Part shown: piece by piece, positions 17,431 to 26,299 of the stretch
Numbering within the stretch: position 1 is the first letter of the stretch
Layout: every line of letters begins with the position of its first letter
Source: Demequinaceae bacterium
Lineage (GTDB): Bacteria; Actinomycetota; Actinomycetes; Actinomycetales; Demequinaceae
Length of the DNA stretch: 32,000 bases
Reading direction: 5' to 3'
NCBI GenBank assembly: GCA_965250005.1
Contig: OZ252279.1
Location: 1,950,001-1,982,000, forward strand
Position numbers and translations under genes: made by a program
Notes under the pieces: model-generated
Databases searched by the model: none
What the model saw: only the letters and a program-made list of their open reading frames with translations
Told to the model about the DNA's origin: nothing

Positions 17431-17792
17431 GGGGATGATCGGTTTCGACGTGTGGCATTTCTCTAGGGGAAGCGGGCCGAGGATGCAGAGTTATCTCGTA
17501 AACGCTCTCTGCAAACTATAGGTGCCGATTCTAATCGCACCGACTTCGCCCTCGCTGCTTAAGCGAGCCTGAAGTCCGTCAGCCCGGGCTTGTTTCCGTC
17601 CCGGTTCCTGACGTCATCTAGGAAACTTGCTGAGCGTCGATGTCACGGCGGCGCTCGGGACACTTACGTGGCTGGGCCTATCTCGCAGCTTGCCTGATGT
17701 TTTGCGAGGGGCCGAGAAACACTTCTCAGGCTGCGCCCGGAGAAGACCTATTTTGTGACATGCGGACGCGGGTTCGATTCCCGCCATCTCCA
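17431..17792 (+). ncRNA. ssrA: tmRNA (SsrA), tag peptide ADSNRTDFALAA
   Basis: The 5' GGGGAUG pairs with the 3' CAUCUCC, including the G3:U alanine identity pair, followed by discriminator A. T-arm GGGUUCGAUUCCC. The tag reading frame is GCC GAT TCT AAT CGC ACC GAC TTC GCC CTC GCT GCT TAA at 17524-17562. The 3' CCA is not fully encoded (the genome reads A-CTG). Confidence 0.95.
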
Positions 17793-17800
17793 CTGAGTTT

Positions 17801-17845
17801 ATGGCCGTCTTCGTTCGTTCAATCGAGCGGAGGCGGCCATTTTTC
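17801..17845 (+). terminator. Intrinsic terminator of ssrA
   Basis: ATGGCCGTCTTCGTTCG-TTCAAT-CGAGCGGAGGCGGCCAT forms a stem of about 17 bp with a few G:U pairs, at 17801-17840, followed by TTTTTC. Confidence 0.75.
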
Positions 17846-17913
17846 GTGCCCCGTGGCAGCCGCTAGCCGCCGCGGAGAACCGGTCGCGCTCGCTGCTCGG
17901 ATACCGTGGCCCT

Positions 17914-18606
17914 ATGCTCTCCGATGTCGCGGCGTTCGAGCCCGTCCCCGACCCGCGCCCCGAAGACTCCGCATGGCCGCCCATGCGGTGGCCCCCGCCC
18001 CCTGATGTGTCGCTCTGCGGGCAGATCATCGAGTTGGCGCCAGCTGCAATGGGCCGCGACGCCGCACCACTGTTCGAGGCTCTCGACGCTCCCAAGGTGT
18101 GGCAGTACATCAAGTCTGGTCGGCCCGCCGACGCGAGCGAGTTGAGGCGCACCCTCGAGCAGATCGCAGCGGTTCACGGGCTCTCCTGGGTGCTGCGGCT
18201 GCGCGTGCCCTACCTCGGGCTTCCCGTCGGCAGCGTGATTGGCACATCGTCGTACCTCGATGTGGTGCCAGAACACGCTCGCTTGGAGATTGGTACAACC
18301 CTGTACTCGCCGCCGGTATGGGCCTCTGGCGTGAACCCCGAGGCCAAGCTTCTACTGCTTGCGCACGCCTTCGATGAGCTTGGCGTCGGGCGCGTTCACC
18401 TGGTGACCGACGCGCGGAACCAGCGCTCTCAGCGTGCGATCGCTCGCCTAGGTGCCCGTCACGAAGCGACCCTGCGCCGCTACGAGCGGCGCGCTGACGG
18501 CACGATGCGCGACACCGTTATGTTCTCTATTGTCGCTGAGGAATGGCCAACAGTGCGTGCACGGCTTGAGGCGCGCGTGGCCGAGGCCGTCGCGGCCTTC
18601 AACTAG
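17914..18606 (+). CDS. GNAT family N-acetyltransferase (RimJ/RimL-like)
   Basis: 230 aa. ...LEIGTTLYSPPVWASGVNPEAKLLLLAHAFDELGVGRVHLVTDARNQRSQRAIARLGARHEATLR... matches the acetyl-CoA binding core of Acetyltransf_3-type GNATs. Confidence 0.8.
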   Translation: MLSDVAAFEPVPDPRPEDSAWPPMRWPPPPDVSLCGQIIELAPAAMGRDAAPLFEALDAPKVWQYIKSGRPADASELRRTLEQIAAVHGLSWVLRLRVPYLGLPVGSVIGTSSYLDVVPEHARLEIGTTLYSPPVWASGVNPEAKLLLLAHAFDELGVGRVHLVTDARNQRSQRAIARLGARHEATLRRYERRADGTMRDTVMFSIVAEEWPTVRARLEARVAEAVAAFN

Positions 18607-18613
18607 GAACGGC

Positions 18614-19735
18614 CTACGTGCGGCGGTAGCGCGCGACCAGGTGGCAAGCGAAGGGGTCGCGCGATGACAGCCCCACTTCGTTCAGGTAGCGCACCACGAT
18701 CGCGTACGATCGCGCGGCGGTAGTCTCCGTGTAGGGGATTCCGAGTTTTGCGCAGTGTTCCATGACGATTTCACGTGTGTGAGCCAGTTTGGTCCGCGCC
18801 ATCGACGGGAACAGGTGGTGCTCGATCTGGTAGTTGAGGCCACCGAGCATCGCGGTGGCGGGGAATCCGCCTGACACGTTGCGCGACAGCACCACTTGCT
18901 TGGTGAAGAAGTCGAGCTTGCTGTCCTTGGGGACCACCGGCATGCCCTTGTGATTCGGCGCAAATGACATGCCCATGTAGAGGCCGAAGAGCGCGAGTTG
19001 CAGGCCGAAGAAGGCAAACGCCAGGCCTATCGGCAGTGCCCAAAACAGCAGGCCGAGGTAGATGATGAAGCGGCCCGTGATGACCGCGAGTTCGAAGGAA
19101 CGGCCGTCGATGCGGCGCTTCGATGTGAGCCACCGGAACGATGCAACGTGCAGGTTGAGGCCCTCAAGCAGGAGCAACGGGAAGAACAGTGTTCCCTGGT
19201 GGCGGGTAAAGAGAGCCATGCGCCCGGTCTTGGCTTCGGCGGCTTCGGGGTAAAACGAGAGCAGATCAGCCGCGATATCGGGATCTCGGCCTACCTGGTT
19301 GGGGTTCGCGTGGTGGCGGTTGTGCTTGTTGACCCACCACGAGTAGCTCACGCCGAGCACCAGCACGCTCAGCACGCGGCCCAGTCGGTCGTTCGATGGG
19401 CCTGAGGAGAAAACGGCGCGGTGCGATGCCTCGTGCGCGAGAAACGCGAATTGGGTCAGGACGAACGCGAGTACGGCCGCCAGAATCAACTGGAGCCACG
19501 AGTCGCCCAGCAACACGAAGCCCGTGAGGAGCCCGAGGACGGCGAGTCCGAGACCGGCTGCCAGCGCAGCGTAGAAGCCCCTTGCGCGGTTGAGTAGGCC
19601 GGCATCGCGAACCGTAGTGAGTAGCGAAGCGTACGTTTGTGTGAAGGGGACCTTGCTCAAGTCGCGCGTGTAGTCAGCAGAGGTGAGGGGCTTTGCGGGC
19701 GCAGGTGCGGACGCGGGTGCGGCGGCAGTGCTCAT
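18614..19735 (-). CDS. Membrane fatty-acid desaturase family protein (di-iron, three His boxes)
   Basis: ORF 18614..19840, with start moved to the ATG at 19735 (MSTAAAPASAPAPAKPL...). His boxes HEASHR, HNRHH and QIEHHLFP, with TM pairs between them. Confidence 0.85.
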   Translation of the reverse strand: MSTAAAPASAPAPAKPLTSADYTRDLSKVPFTQTYASLLTTVRDAGLLNRARGFYAALAAGLGLAVLGLLTGFVLLGDSWLQLILAAVLAFVLTQFAFLAHEASHRAVFSSGPSNDRLGRVLSVLVLGVSYSWWVNKHNRHHANPNQVGRDPDIAADLLSFYPEAAEAKTGRMALFTRHQGTLFFPLLLLEGLNLHVASFRWLTSKRRIDGRSFELAVITGRFIIYLGLLFWALPIGLAFAFFGLQLALFGLYMGMSFAPNHKGMPVVPKDSKLDFFTKQVVLSRNVSGGFPATAMLGGLNYQIEHHLFPSMARTKLAHTREIVMEHCAKLGIPYTETTAARSYAIVVRYLNEVGLSSRDPFACHLVARYRRT

Positions 19736-19842
19736 GCGGGGACGCCTTCCGGGCGTAAAGATCGACTTCCCAGTCGCGGAATGAGCGGGTGCTCGGCGGG
19801 CGGATGTCCCCACCATACGGGGAAACTGGCGTGTCGTCACTG

Positions 19843-19885
19843 TTGACGATCTCTCTTGTCGGCGAGTATATGTTATTATCTACGT
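19843..19885 (+). promoter_or_regulatory. Candidate arsR-CDF promoter and operator (TTGACG -35; AT-rich TATATGTTATTATCTACGTAT)
   Basis: TTGACG at 19843-19848, then 17-18 nt, then TATATG at 19867-19872. The segment 19866-19886 is the most AT-rich stretch in the window and holds the imperfect inverted repeat ATATGT-N8-ACGTAT immediately before the arsR ATG. Confidence 0.35.
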
Positions 19886-20245
19886 ATGAATGCGGATAAC
19901 CAGAAGAACGAGCTACGGCCGGATGATCCCTACGTGGAACTTGCCGTAGAGGTATTTGCGCTGCTTGCAGACGTGACCCGGGTCAGAATCGTGCTTGCGC
20001 TCGCGCGCGGCGAACTATCTGTGAACCAAATAGCGGAGGCGGTTGGCAAGCCTCCAGCGGCCGTATCTCAACACCTCGCCAAACTTCGCATGGCGCGGGC
20101 CGTAACGACACGCCACGAGGGAACGCGAGTCCACTACAGGCTCGCGAACGACCATGGATTGCGACTCGTGGCCGACGCCATAGAGCAGGCCGAACACACT
20201 GTCGACGCGGCCCCTCGCCACCACCACGGGGACCACGGCCAGTGA
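19886..20245 (+). CDS. ArsR/SmtB family metalloregulator (cysteine-free, His-rich C-terminus)
   Basis: ATG 19886 within ORF 19856..20245. The winged-helix core is ...FALLADVTRVRIVLALARGELSVNQIAEAVGKPPAAVSQHLAKLRMARAV...RVHYRLANDH.... The tail is ...PRHHHGDHGQ, and there is no Cys anywhere. Confidence 0.85.
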   Translation: MNADNQKNELRPDDPYVELAVEVFALLADVTRVRIVLALARGELSVNQIAEAVGKPPAAVSQHLAKLRMARAVTTRHEGTRVHYRLANDHGLRLVADAIEQAEHTVDAAPRHHHGDHGQ

Positions 20246-21258
20246 ATCCAAGGAGGGCGGGCGCGCGTGCTGAAGCGCGTGGAGCGCGCGGGCGCGAGGA
20301 ACGCGGCCTGATCGGTTGGCTGCGCCACACGTTCACGCCGCACTCCCACGACGGGGCCGATCGCGTTGACGACGCCCTCGAATCAAGTTCCCAAGGCATT
20401 CGAGCTGTCAAGGTCAGCCTCTGGGTACTCGTCGGGACAGGGGTCCTTCAGCTCGCAGTCGTCATGGTCAGCGGCTCCGTTGCACTGTTTGCCGACACCG
20501 TCCACAACTTCTCGGACGCGCTCACCGCCGTTCCGTTGTGGATCGCCTTTGCGCTCGCGCGCCGCCCCGCTACGCGCGCCTTCACGCATGGCCTTGGGCG
20601 AGTGGAGGACCTCGCGGGGCTGTTTGTCGTGCTGATGATCGCCGTCTCGGCTGCGGTCGTGATTGTCGAGTCCGTCCGACGGTTCCTTAACCCACGGGAC
20701 ATCGACAACGTGGGTCTGGTCCTTGCGGCGGCCGTCGTTGGTTTTCTTGGCAACGAGGCGGTCGCCGTCTATCGGATACGTGTTGGTCATCGCATTGGCT
20801 CAGCGGCACTCGTGGCCGACGGGTTGCACGCACGAACCGACGGCCTCACGTCGCTAGCCGTCGCCGCGGGCGCTCTGGGCGTGTGGTGGGGATATCCGCT
20901 AGCCGACCCGATTGTCGGGATCGCCGTTGGTATTGCGATCCTGGTGGTCCTCGTCTCTGCGGCGCGGAGCGTTGGTAGGCGACTCCTCGACGGAGTCGAA
21001 CCCGGGCTCGCGGCGAGCGTTCGCAGCGCGCTAGACGCGACTGACGAAGAGGTCGAAGTGGGCGAGGTTCGTATCCGATGGGTGGGGCACCGGCTGGACG
21101 TGGGAGCAGTGCTCGAGGTCAAACCCGGGACCACGCTCGAAGATTTTCGATGTGCGTCTCGCGCTGCCGAGCGATCGGTTCGCGCGGGCATTTCACATGT
21201 GGGGCGCGTCGACATCGTTCTCGGGAGCTCCCCGGTCGAAGCCCAGGCCGAGGGTTAG
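20242..21258 (+). CDS. Cation diffusion facilitator (CDF) family metal efflux transporter
   Basis: The GTG start overlaps the arsR stop (GTGA). His-containing N-terminus (HTFTPHSHDG), six TM helices with ...ALFADTVHNFSDALTA... and ...ALVADGLHARTDGLTS... (the paired HD/DH metal-site motifs of CzcD/ZitB-type proteins), and a C-terminal cytoplasmic domain. Confidence 0.88.
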   Translation: MNPRRAGARAEARGARGREERGLIGWLRHTFTPHSHDGADRVDDALESSSQGIRAVKVSLWVLVGTGVLQLAVVMVSGSVALFADTVHNFSDALTAVPLWIAFALARRPATRAFTHGLGRVEDLAGLFVVLMIAVSAAVVIVESVRRFLNPRDIDNVGLVLAAAVVGFLGNEAVAVYRIRVGHRIGSAALVADGLHARTDGLTSLAVAAGALGVWWGYPLADPIVGIAVGIAILVVLVSAARSVGRRLLDGVEPGLAASVRSALDATDEEVEVGEVRIRWVGHRLDVGAVLEVKPGTTLEDFRCASRAAERSVRAGISHVGRVDIVLGSSPVEAQAEG

Positions 21259-22148
21259 GGGTGCTCGCGTTCGGACGCAATATGGCGGCGCGCTTCCACG
21301 GAGGCGTGGTCGGATCGCTTGCCGTAGAGTCGCCTCTCGGTTGACTTGATCGTGGCGATCAGTGCGAAGCTGAGGCTGACCAGCAACGCCCACGATCCCA
21401 TCCGGCCCACGTGAACTATCTGCCAGACGTCTGCTTGGTTCGGGTACTGCCACGCGCCGAGGAACGTGCCCGCGTTCTCTGCAAGCCAGACCACCGCTCC
21501 GACCAAAACGAAGCCCACCGCGAGCGGTATGTGAAAGCGTTCAACGCCCACGGTGAAATGTATGCGCGTGCGGCCCAACACCACGAGCAGGACAAACGCA
21601 AGAAGCCAGCGCACGTCAACAAAGAAGTGGTGGGTGAAGAAGTTGACGTAGAGGAGCACCGCGATCGACGTCACCAACTGCGGGCGGTATTCGGTCACGC
21701 GGAAGTCAAAGCGCCGCCACGCCTGGCACAAATAGGAGCCGACGGCGGCGTACATGAAGCCCGCGTAGAGCGGTACGTCTCCCACTTTGGCCACGCCCTC
21801 GTCCGGGTACTCCCACGAACCCAAGTGCACCTTGAAGATCTCGAGGGCGAGTCCCAGCAAGTGGAACCCGGTGATTACTGCCACTTCGCGGGTGGTTTCC
21901 CACTTGGCGACCCACAGGGCGATGGTCAGGATCACGCCATAGATGAGGAGCGCGTCGTAGCGGGCAATCGGCAAATCGAGCACGGCGGTCACCGCAATAC
22001 CCGCGAAGATTAACGTGGCGAATAGGCAGGAGACTGCTTGCTCGCGCGTGAAGATCCACGCTAGCTGCCACACGCGTGCCGCGGTCCACGGCGGCGACTG
22101 CGCGGCGAGTCGAATCGGAGGACGCTTGGCCCCCAGATCGGTCGCCAT
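21255..22148 (-). CDS. Polytopic membrane protein, DUF817-like
   Basis: ORF 21255..22250, with start moved to the ATG at 22148 (MATDLGAKRPP...). About 8 TM helices. The family assignment is from memory of DUF817 sequence features and is tentative. Confidence 0.6.
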   Translation of the reverse strand: MATDLGAKRPPIRLAAQSPPWTAARVWQLAWIFTREQAVSCLFATLIFAGIAVTAVLDLPIARYDALLIYGVILTIALWVAKWETTREVAVITGFHLLGLALEIFKVHLGSWEYPDEGVAKVGDVPLYAGFMYAAVGSYLCQAWRRFDFRVTEYRPQLVTSIAVLLYVNFFTHHFFVDVRWLLAFVLLVVLGRTRIHFTVGVERFHIPLAVGFVLVGAVVWLAENAGTFLGAWQYPNQADVWQIVHVGRMGSWALLVSLSFALIATIKSTERRLYGKRSDHASVEARRHIASEREHP

Positions 22149-22253
22149 AGTGCTCCTCGCTTCGGCGGGCTTCCGCACGCTCTCGCGGCGGTGCTGGCAG
22201 TTCAACGAACGAGCGCGCGGCGAAGTGCCCTTGGCATCAGTTAGCCTCACCTC

Positions 22254-23219
22254 ATGACAATTGCCCTGATCGAGCTCATCAGCGGACTGGTGGTACTCGG
22301 ATGGAGCGCAGACCGGTTTGTGCTCGGCTCATCTGGGGTCGCCAAGCACTTTGGGATCCCGCCGCTGCTCATCGGCATGGTCGTGATCGGGTTCGGCACG
22401 TCGGCGCCGGAATTGGTGGTCTCTGGTTTCGCGGCGAGCGGCGGCAACCCCGAGATCGCGCTGGGCAACGCCTACGGCTCAAATATCGCGAACATTGCCC
22501 TGATTCTGGGCATCACGGCGATCATCGCGCCGATAGGCGTGAAGCGCGGAATTCTGCGGCAAGAAATACCCATCTTGCTCGCCGCTACGGCGCTCGCATT
22601 CTGGCTTTTTCGCGACTACAGCCTTTCGCGCATTGACGCGGGCATTCTGCTCGTTGCGTTCGCGGCGTTCATTGTCTGGAGCATCCGGACTGGGCTGCGC
22701 ATCAAGAGGGACGCGCTCGCGGACGACGTCAAGGAACACGCCAAGGAGCATGATCTCTCGAAGCGCCGTGCGTGGATGTGGCTGCTCGTGGGCCTTGTGC
22801 TGCTTGTGGTGTCTTCGCACTTCCTTGTCGAAGGCGCGGTGACAGTCGCGCGCGAGATCGGTATGAGCGACCTTGTCATCGGGTTGACGGTCATTGCTAT
22901 TGGCACATCGCTGCCCGAGCTCGCGAGCGCTATCGTCGCCTCGCGCAAGGGCCAGAACGACTTGGTTCTTGGCAATATCATCGGCTCGTCGCTCTTTAAC
23001 GGGCTGGCAGTTGTGGGCCTTGCCGGCATGATCTCACCCGCGGTCGTGGAGCAGCAGATTCTCTCGCGAGACCTGGTGGTGCTCGGCGCCGTCACCGTGG
23101 CACTCTCTCTGTTCGGCATGCATTGGGGGCGCGACGGCCGCATCAACCGGATCGAGGGCTCCGCGCTCGTGCTCGTGTTTATTAGCTACACGGCCTACCT
23201 TCTAACAACGTCGCTGTAG
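22254..23219 (+). CDS. Calcium/sodium antiporter (CaCA family, YrbG-like)
   Basis: 321 aa with two alpha-repeat motifs, GFGTSAPELVVS and AIGTSLPELASAIVASRKGQNDLVLGNIIGSSLFN. Confidence 0.9.
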   Translation: MTIALIELISGLVVLGWSADRFVLGSSGVAKHFGIPPLLIGMVVIGFGTSAPELVVSGFAASGGNPEIALGNAYGSNIANIALILGITAIIAPIGVKRGILRQEIPILLAATALAFWLFRDYSLSRIDAGILLVAFAAFIVWSIRTGLRIKRDALADDVKEHAKEHDLSKRRAWMWLLVGLVLLVVSSHFLVEGAVTVAREIGMSDLVIGLTVIAIGTSLPELASAIVASRKGQNDLVLGNIIGSSLFNGLAVVGLAGMISPAVVEQQILSRDLVVLGAVTVALSLFGMHWGRDGRINRIEGSALVLVFISYTAYLLTTSL

Positions 23220-23236
23220 CGCTTAGGCTGATCCTC

Positions 23237-24076
23237 ATGGCACGCAACGAGGCCGAGGCAGACGCCGCCGCAGATGCGGCGGGGCAACTGCATGGGTCGC
23301 ACGTCGACGATGTCGACATTGACCACCCCGCACTCTCGCTGCGCGGCCTGTCCAAGTCATTTGGTGCGACGGTCGCGGTCGACGGGATCGACCTCGACAT
23401 ACCGGCAGGATCCTTCTACGGCATGGTGGGTCCCAACGGCGCCGGCAAAACCACCACACTGTCGATGGCGACCGGGCTACTCGTGCCGGACAGCGGCACA
23501 GTCGACGTCCACGGCATCAGCCTGTGGCACTTTCCCGCGGAGGCGAAACCGCTGCTGGGTGTCTTGCCTGACGGGTTGCGCAGCTTCGACCGCCTGACAG
23601 GGGCGGAGCTGATTTCTTATGCAGGGCTATTGCGTGGCATGGAGACGGCTGTTGTGAGGGAGCGACGCGACGACTTGCTCGCTGCGCTTGACCTCGAGGA
23701 CGCCGGTCGAACGCTTGTCACCGATTTCTCGGCGGGCATGTCCAAGAAGGTGGCGCTCGCGTGCGCGCTGGTTCACGCACCGCGCGTGCTCGTCCTGGAC
23801 GAGCCTTTCGAGGCAGTCGACCCCGTTTCCGCAACCGGGATCAGGCGCATATTGTGGTCGTTCGTCGACTCTGGCGGGACGGTGGTGATGTCTAGCCACG
23901 TCATGGCGCTCGTCGAGCGCCTGTGCGATCACGTCGCGATCGTGGGCGAGGGCAAGATCCTCGCGGCGGGCACCCTTGACGAAGTACGCGGCGACATGGA
24001 CCTCGAGAGTCGATTCGTCTCGCTTGTGGGCGAGGTCAAGGAGCAGCGTGACCTCCCATGGTTGAAGCAGTCTTGA
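23237..24076 (+). CDS. ABC transporter ATP-binding protein
   Basis: Walker A GPNGAGKTT, signature FSAGMSKKVALACAL, Walker B VLVLDEPFEAVD, H-loop SSHVM. Confidence 0.92.
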   Translation: MARNEAEADAAADAAGQLHGSHVDDVDIDHPALSLRGLSKSFGATVAVDGIDLDIPAGSFYGMVGPNGAGKTTTLSMATGLLVPDSGTVDVHGISLWHFPAEAKPLLGVLPDGLRSFDRLTGAELISYAGLLRGMETAVVRERRDDLLAALDLEDAGRTLVTDFSAGMSKKVALACALVHAPRVLVLDEPFEAVDPVSATGIRRILWSFVDSGGTVVMSSHVMALVERLCDHVAIVGEGKILAAGTLDEVRGDMDLESRFVSLVGEVKEQRDLPWLKQS

Positions 24077-24077
24077 C

Positions 24078-25682
24078 GTGATAAGGACGGTCCTGAGCCT
24101 GAGGCGCACCGTCACGCTGCATCAACTGCGTCGCGAGCGGTGGCGCATGCTGGTGCTAATCGGCGGCGCAATCTGGTCCATCAGCCTCTTCCCGTCGGCC
24201 GTCTGGGCCTCGCGAATCCTGGGCTTCAACGCCGTCGACCTCAAGTACGATGCGCTCGTGGCGATAGTGGCGGTCGTCATGATCGGGTGGGTCGTGGTAC
24301 CGATCCTCATCACGGGCCTTGACGACACGCTCGACCCCGGGCGGTTCGCGTCCCTAGGCGTGAGTGCGAAGCGACTGATGCCCGGGCTGACGGTGTCTGC
24401 CTTGCTCACGGTCCCCGCGATCTTTTTCCTCATCGTGCTCGTGATTCTTGCCTTTGCGTGGCAGCCCGAAGGCAGGGGCGCATTCGCGTTCGCGATCACG
24501 GGGGCGATCCTGACCCTGCTTACGTGTGTATTCTCTGCACGGGTGTCGGTGATGTGGGCGTCGCGAGTCCTGCAGTCGCGTCGTTCGCGCGAGGCTACGT
24601 TTCTCACAATTATCATCGGAGCGCTCCTCATCACGCCCGCGATCTACTTGGTCGTGGCCGATGGTCTGGAGATTGTCCTCGACTACGACATCCGGCTGCT
24701 GGTCGACCTGATGGGCGGCACACCCGTTGGCGCGCCAATCCAGGCCGCGGTGGATGCCTCGAAAGGCGCGTGGGTGGCCGCCTCGTGGCATCTCGCCGTG
24801 TCTGGAGGATGGATTGTGCTGCTGCACTTCGTGTGGCGCGTCAACGTCGAGCGTGTGCTGGTCAACCCGATCTACCGCGGGGGCGGTGCGCGTGAGCGCG
24901 AGGACACCGTCCTTGCGGCGGCCGAGCGCGCCGAGCGTTCGGGACTGGTGCCGCCCGGTGCGCGGGCGACCAACGCTATGAAGGCGCGGGCGCTGCGGTA
25001 CTGGTTCACCGACCCGCGCTACTTGTCCGGGATCATCTCGGTGACCGTGTTCCCGATCCTCTTCTTCATGCTCGTCTACCCAATCTTCGGGTCGCCTGCG
25101 GCCGTCGTGATGGCTGTCCCCGTCGTGCTGGCCGGCTCAATCGGGTGGGGTCGCCACAACGACGTCGCTATGGACAACTCCGCGCTCTGGCTCGATATTG
25201 TGTCCGGAAGCCTGGGGCAGCGGCTGATGCGGGGGCGGGTAGCGGGCACTCTCACGTGGGCGGTGCCGCTCGCTGCCGCTGCCATCACGGTCGCGGTGGT
25301 AGTGAGCGGGAGGTTGGATTTGCTGCCCGCGATCGTCGGTGCCGTAGTCGGAGTCTTGGGAACATCGCTCGGCGTTTCCGTCGTGACGTCCGTGTCCATG
25401 CCCTATCGCGCACCCGCGCCTGGCGAAAACCCGTTCGGGGCTGAGGTGGGTTCCATTGGCGCCGGCTTGCTTGCTCAGTTTGTGTCTTCGCTTGCGTCAA
25501 GCATCGTGGCGGTTCCCGTTTCGCTTCCGTTGCTTGCGGCCGTCCGCTGGGATGCCAATTGGGGATGGGCTGGCCTTGTGGTTGGCAGTGCGACGGGAAT
25601 CATTGTTCTCATGGTTGGAGCGCGATGGGCTGGCACACTGTACGACCGGCGCAGCGGACGGCTCGTCGGGGCCGTCTCTTGA
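24078..25682 (+). CDS. ABC exporter permease-like polytopic membrane protein (substrate unknown)
   Basis: 534 aa. GTG start 1 nt after the ATPase stop. At least 10 hydrophobic helices in two clusters. No recognisable family motif by eye. Confidence 0.65.
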   Translation: MIRTVLSLRRTVTLHQLRRERWRMLVLIGGAIWSISLFPSAVWASRILGFNAVDLKYDALVAIVAVVMIGWVVVPILITGLDDTLDPGRFASLGVSAKRLMPGLTVSALLTVPAIFFLIVLVILAFAWQPEGRGAFAFAITGAILTLLTCVFSARVSVMWASRVLQSRRSREATFLTIIIGALLITPAIYLVVADGLEIVLDYDIRLLVDLMGGTPVGAPIQAAVDASKGAWVAASWHLAVSGGWIVLLHFVWRVNVERVLVNPIYRGGGAREREDTVLAAAERAERSGLVPPGARATNAMKARALRYWFTDPRYLSGIISVTVFPILFFMLVYPIFGSPAAVVMAVPVVLAGSIGWGRHNDVAMDNSALWLDIVSGSLGQRLMRGRVAGTLTWAVPLAAAAITVAVVVSGRLDLLPAIVGAVVGVLGTSLGVSVVTSVSMPYRAPAPGENPFGAEVGSIGAGLLAQFVSSLASSIVAVPVSLPLLAAVRWDANWGWAGLVVGSATGIIVLMVGARWAGTLYDRRSGRLVGAVS

Positions 25683-25705
25683 CCCTGCGCGCGTAGCATG
25701 GAGGC

Positions 25706-26008
25706 ATGAACGAACCGCAGCCTTTGCCGGAATCGGCGCCCGATGAGCAGACCAGCGCAGGCACCACCACGATTGTGCGCGAGCATACTCGCGAAGTTGT
25801 GGAGCCAGGCGACGGAGAACGTTTCGCACACTACGTTCGCAAAGAGAAGATCACCGAGTCCGCCGTTACCGGCGAGCCCGTGATCGCATTGTGCGGAAAA
25901 GTGTGGGTTCCCGGGCGAGACCCGAATAGGTTTCCCGTGTGCCCGGCTTGCAAGGAGATCATCGACTCCGCGTTCGGCGCCGGTGACGGCGACGGCGCGG
26001 GCGACTAG
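25706..26008 (+). CDS. DUF3039 domain-containing protein (conserved actinobacterial, Zn-ribbon-like CxxC pairs)
   Basis: 100 aa. ...ERFAHYVRKEKITESAVTGEPVIALCGKVWVPGRDPNRFPVCPACKEI... GGAGG precedes the ATG. Confidence 0.8.
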   Translation: MNEPQPLPESAPDEQTSAGTTTIVREHTREVVEPGDGERFAHYVRKEKITESAVTGEPVIALCGKVWVPGRDPNRFPVCPACKEIIDSAFGAGDGDGAGD

Positions 26009-26011
26009 CGC

Positions 26012-26299
26012 GTGGACACGCAGGGCGTCACGCAGACAGGTTCCGAGGCCGGAACGCGCACGGCGGACTCTTGGGTCACGATTGTCTGGAACGACCCTGT
26101 GAACCTCATGAACTACGTGACACACGTGTTTCAGGTGCACTTTGGGTGGAATCGTGCGGAGGCGGAGAAACGCATGAACGAGGTTCACGAGAACGGTCGG
26201 TCAGTCGTGTCGAGCGGAGGACGCGAGCAAATGGAGTTAGACGTGCAGGCGATGCATTTGTACGGGTTGTGGGCCACCATGCAGCGAGGTGGCGAGTGA
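26012..26299 (+). CDS. clpS: ATP-dependent Clp protease adaptor ClpS
   Basis: 95 aa. ...[46 protein letters not shown]... Confidence 0.92.
   Translation: MDTQGVTQTGSEAGTRTADSWVTIVWNDPVNLMNYVTHVFQVHFGWNRAEAEKRMNEVHENGRSVVSSGGREQMELDVQAMHLYGLWATMQRGGE

Noticed and set aside
17640-18005. 121-aa plus-strand ORF beginning inside the tmRNA gene
   Set aside because: It overlaps the 3' half of ssrA and its terminator. The composition is Arg/Pro-rich junk. The GNAT gene starting at 17914 in another frame explains the downstream coding signal.
21255-21258. Convergent CDF and DUF817 genes whose stop codons overlap (TTAG read as TAG on plus and TAA on minus)
   Set aside because: The overlap is real but it is a common consequence of compact genomes. 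There is no evidence of functional significance beyond the absence of an intergenic terminator.
17793-22250. Possible genomic island integrated at the tmRNA 3' end
   Set aside because: No integrase or recombinase gene and no visible direct repeat of the ssrA 3' terminus. No compositional break other than a 25-bp AT-rich operator. The genes are ordinary housekeeping or transport functions.
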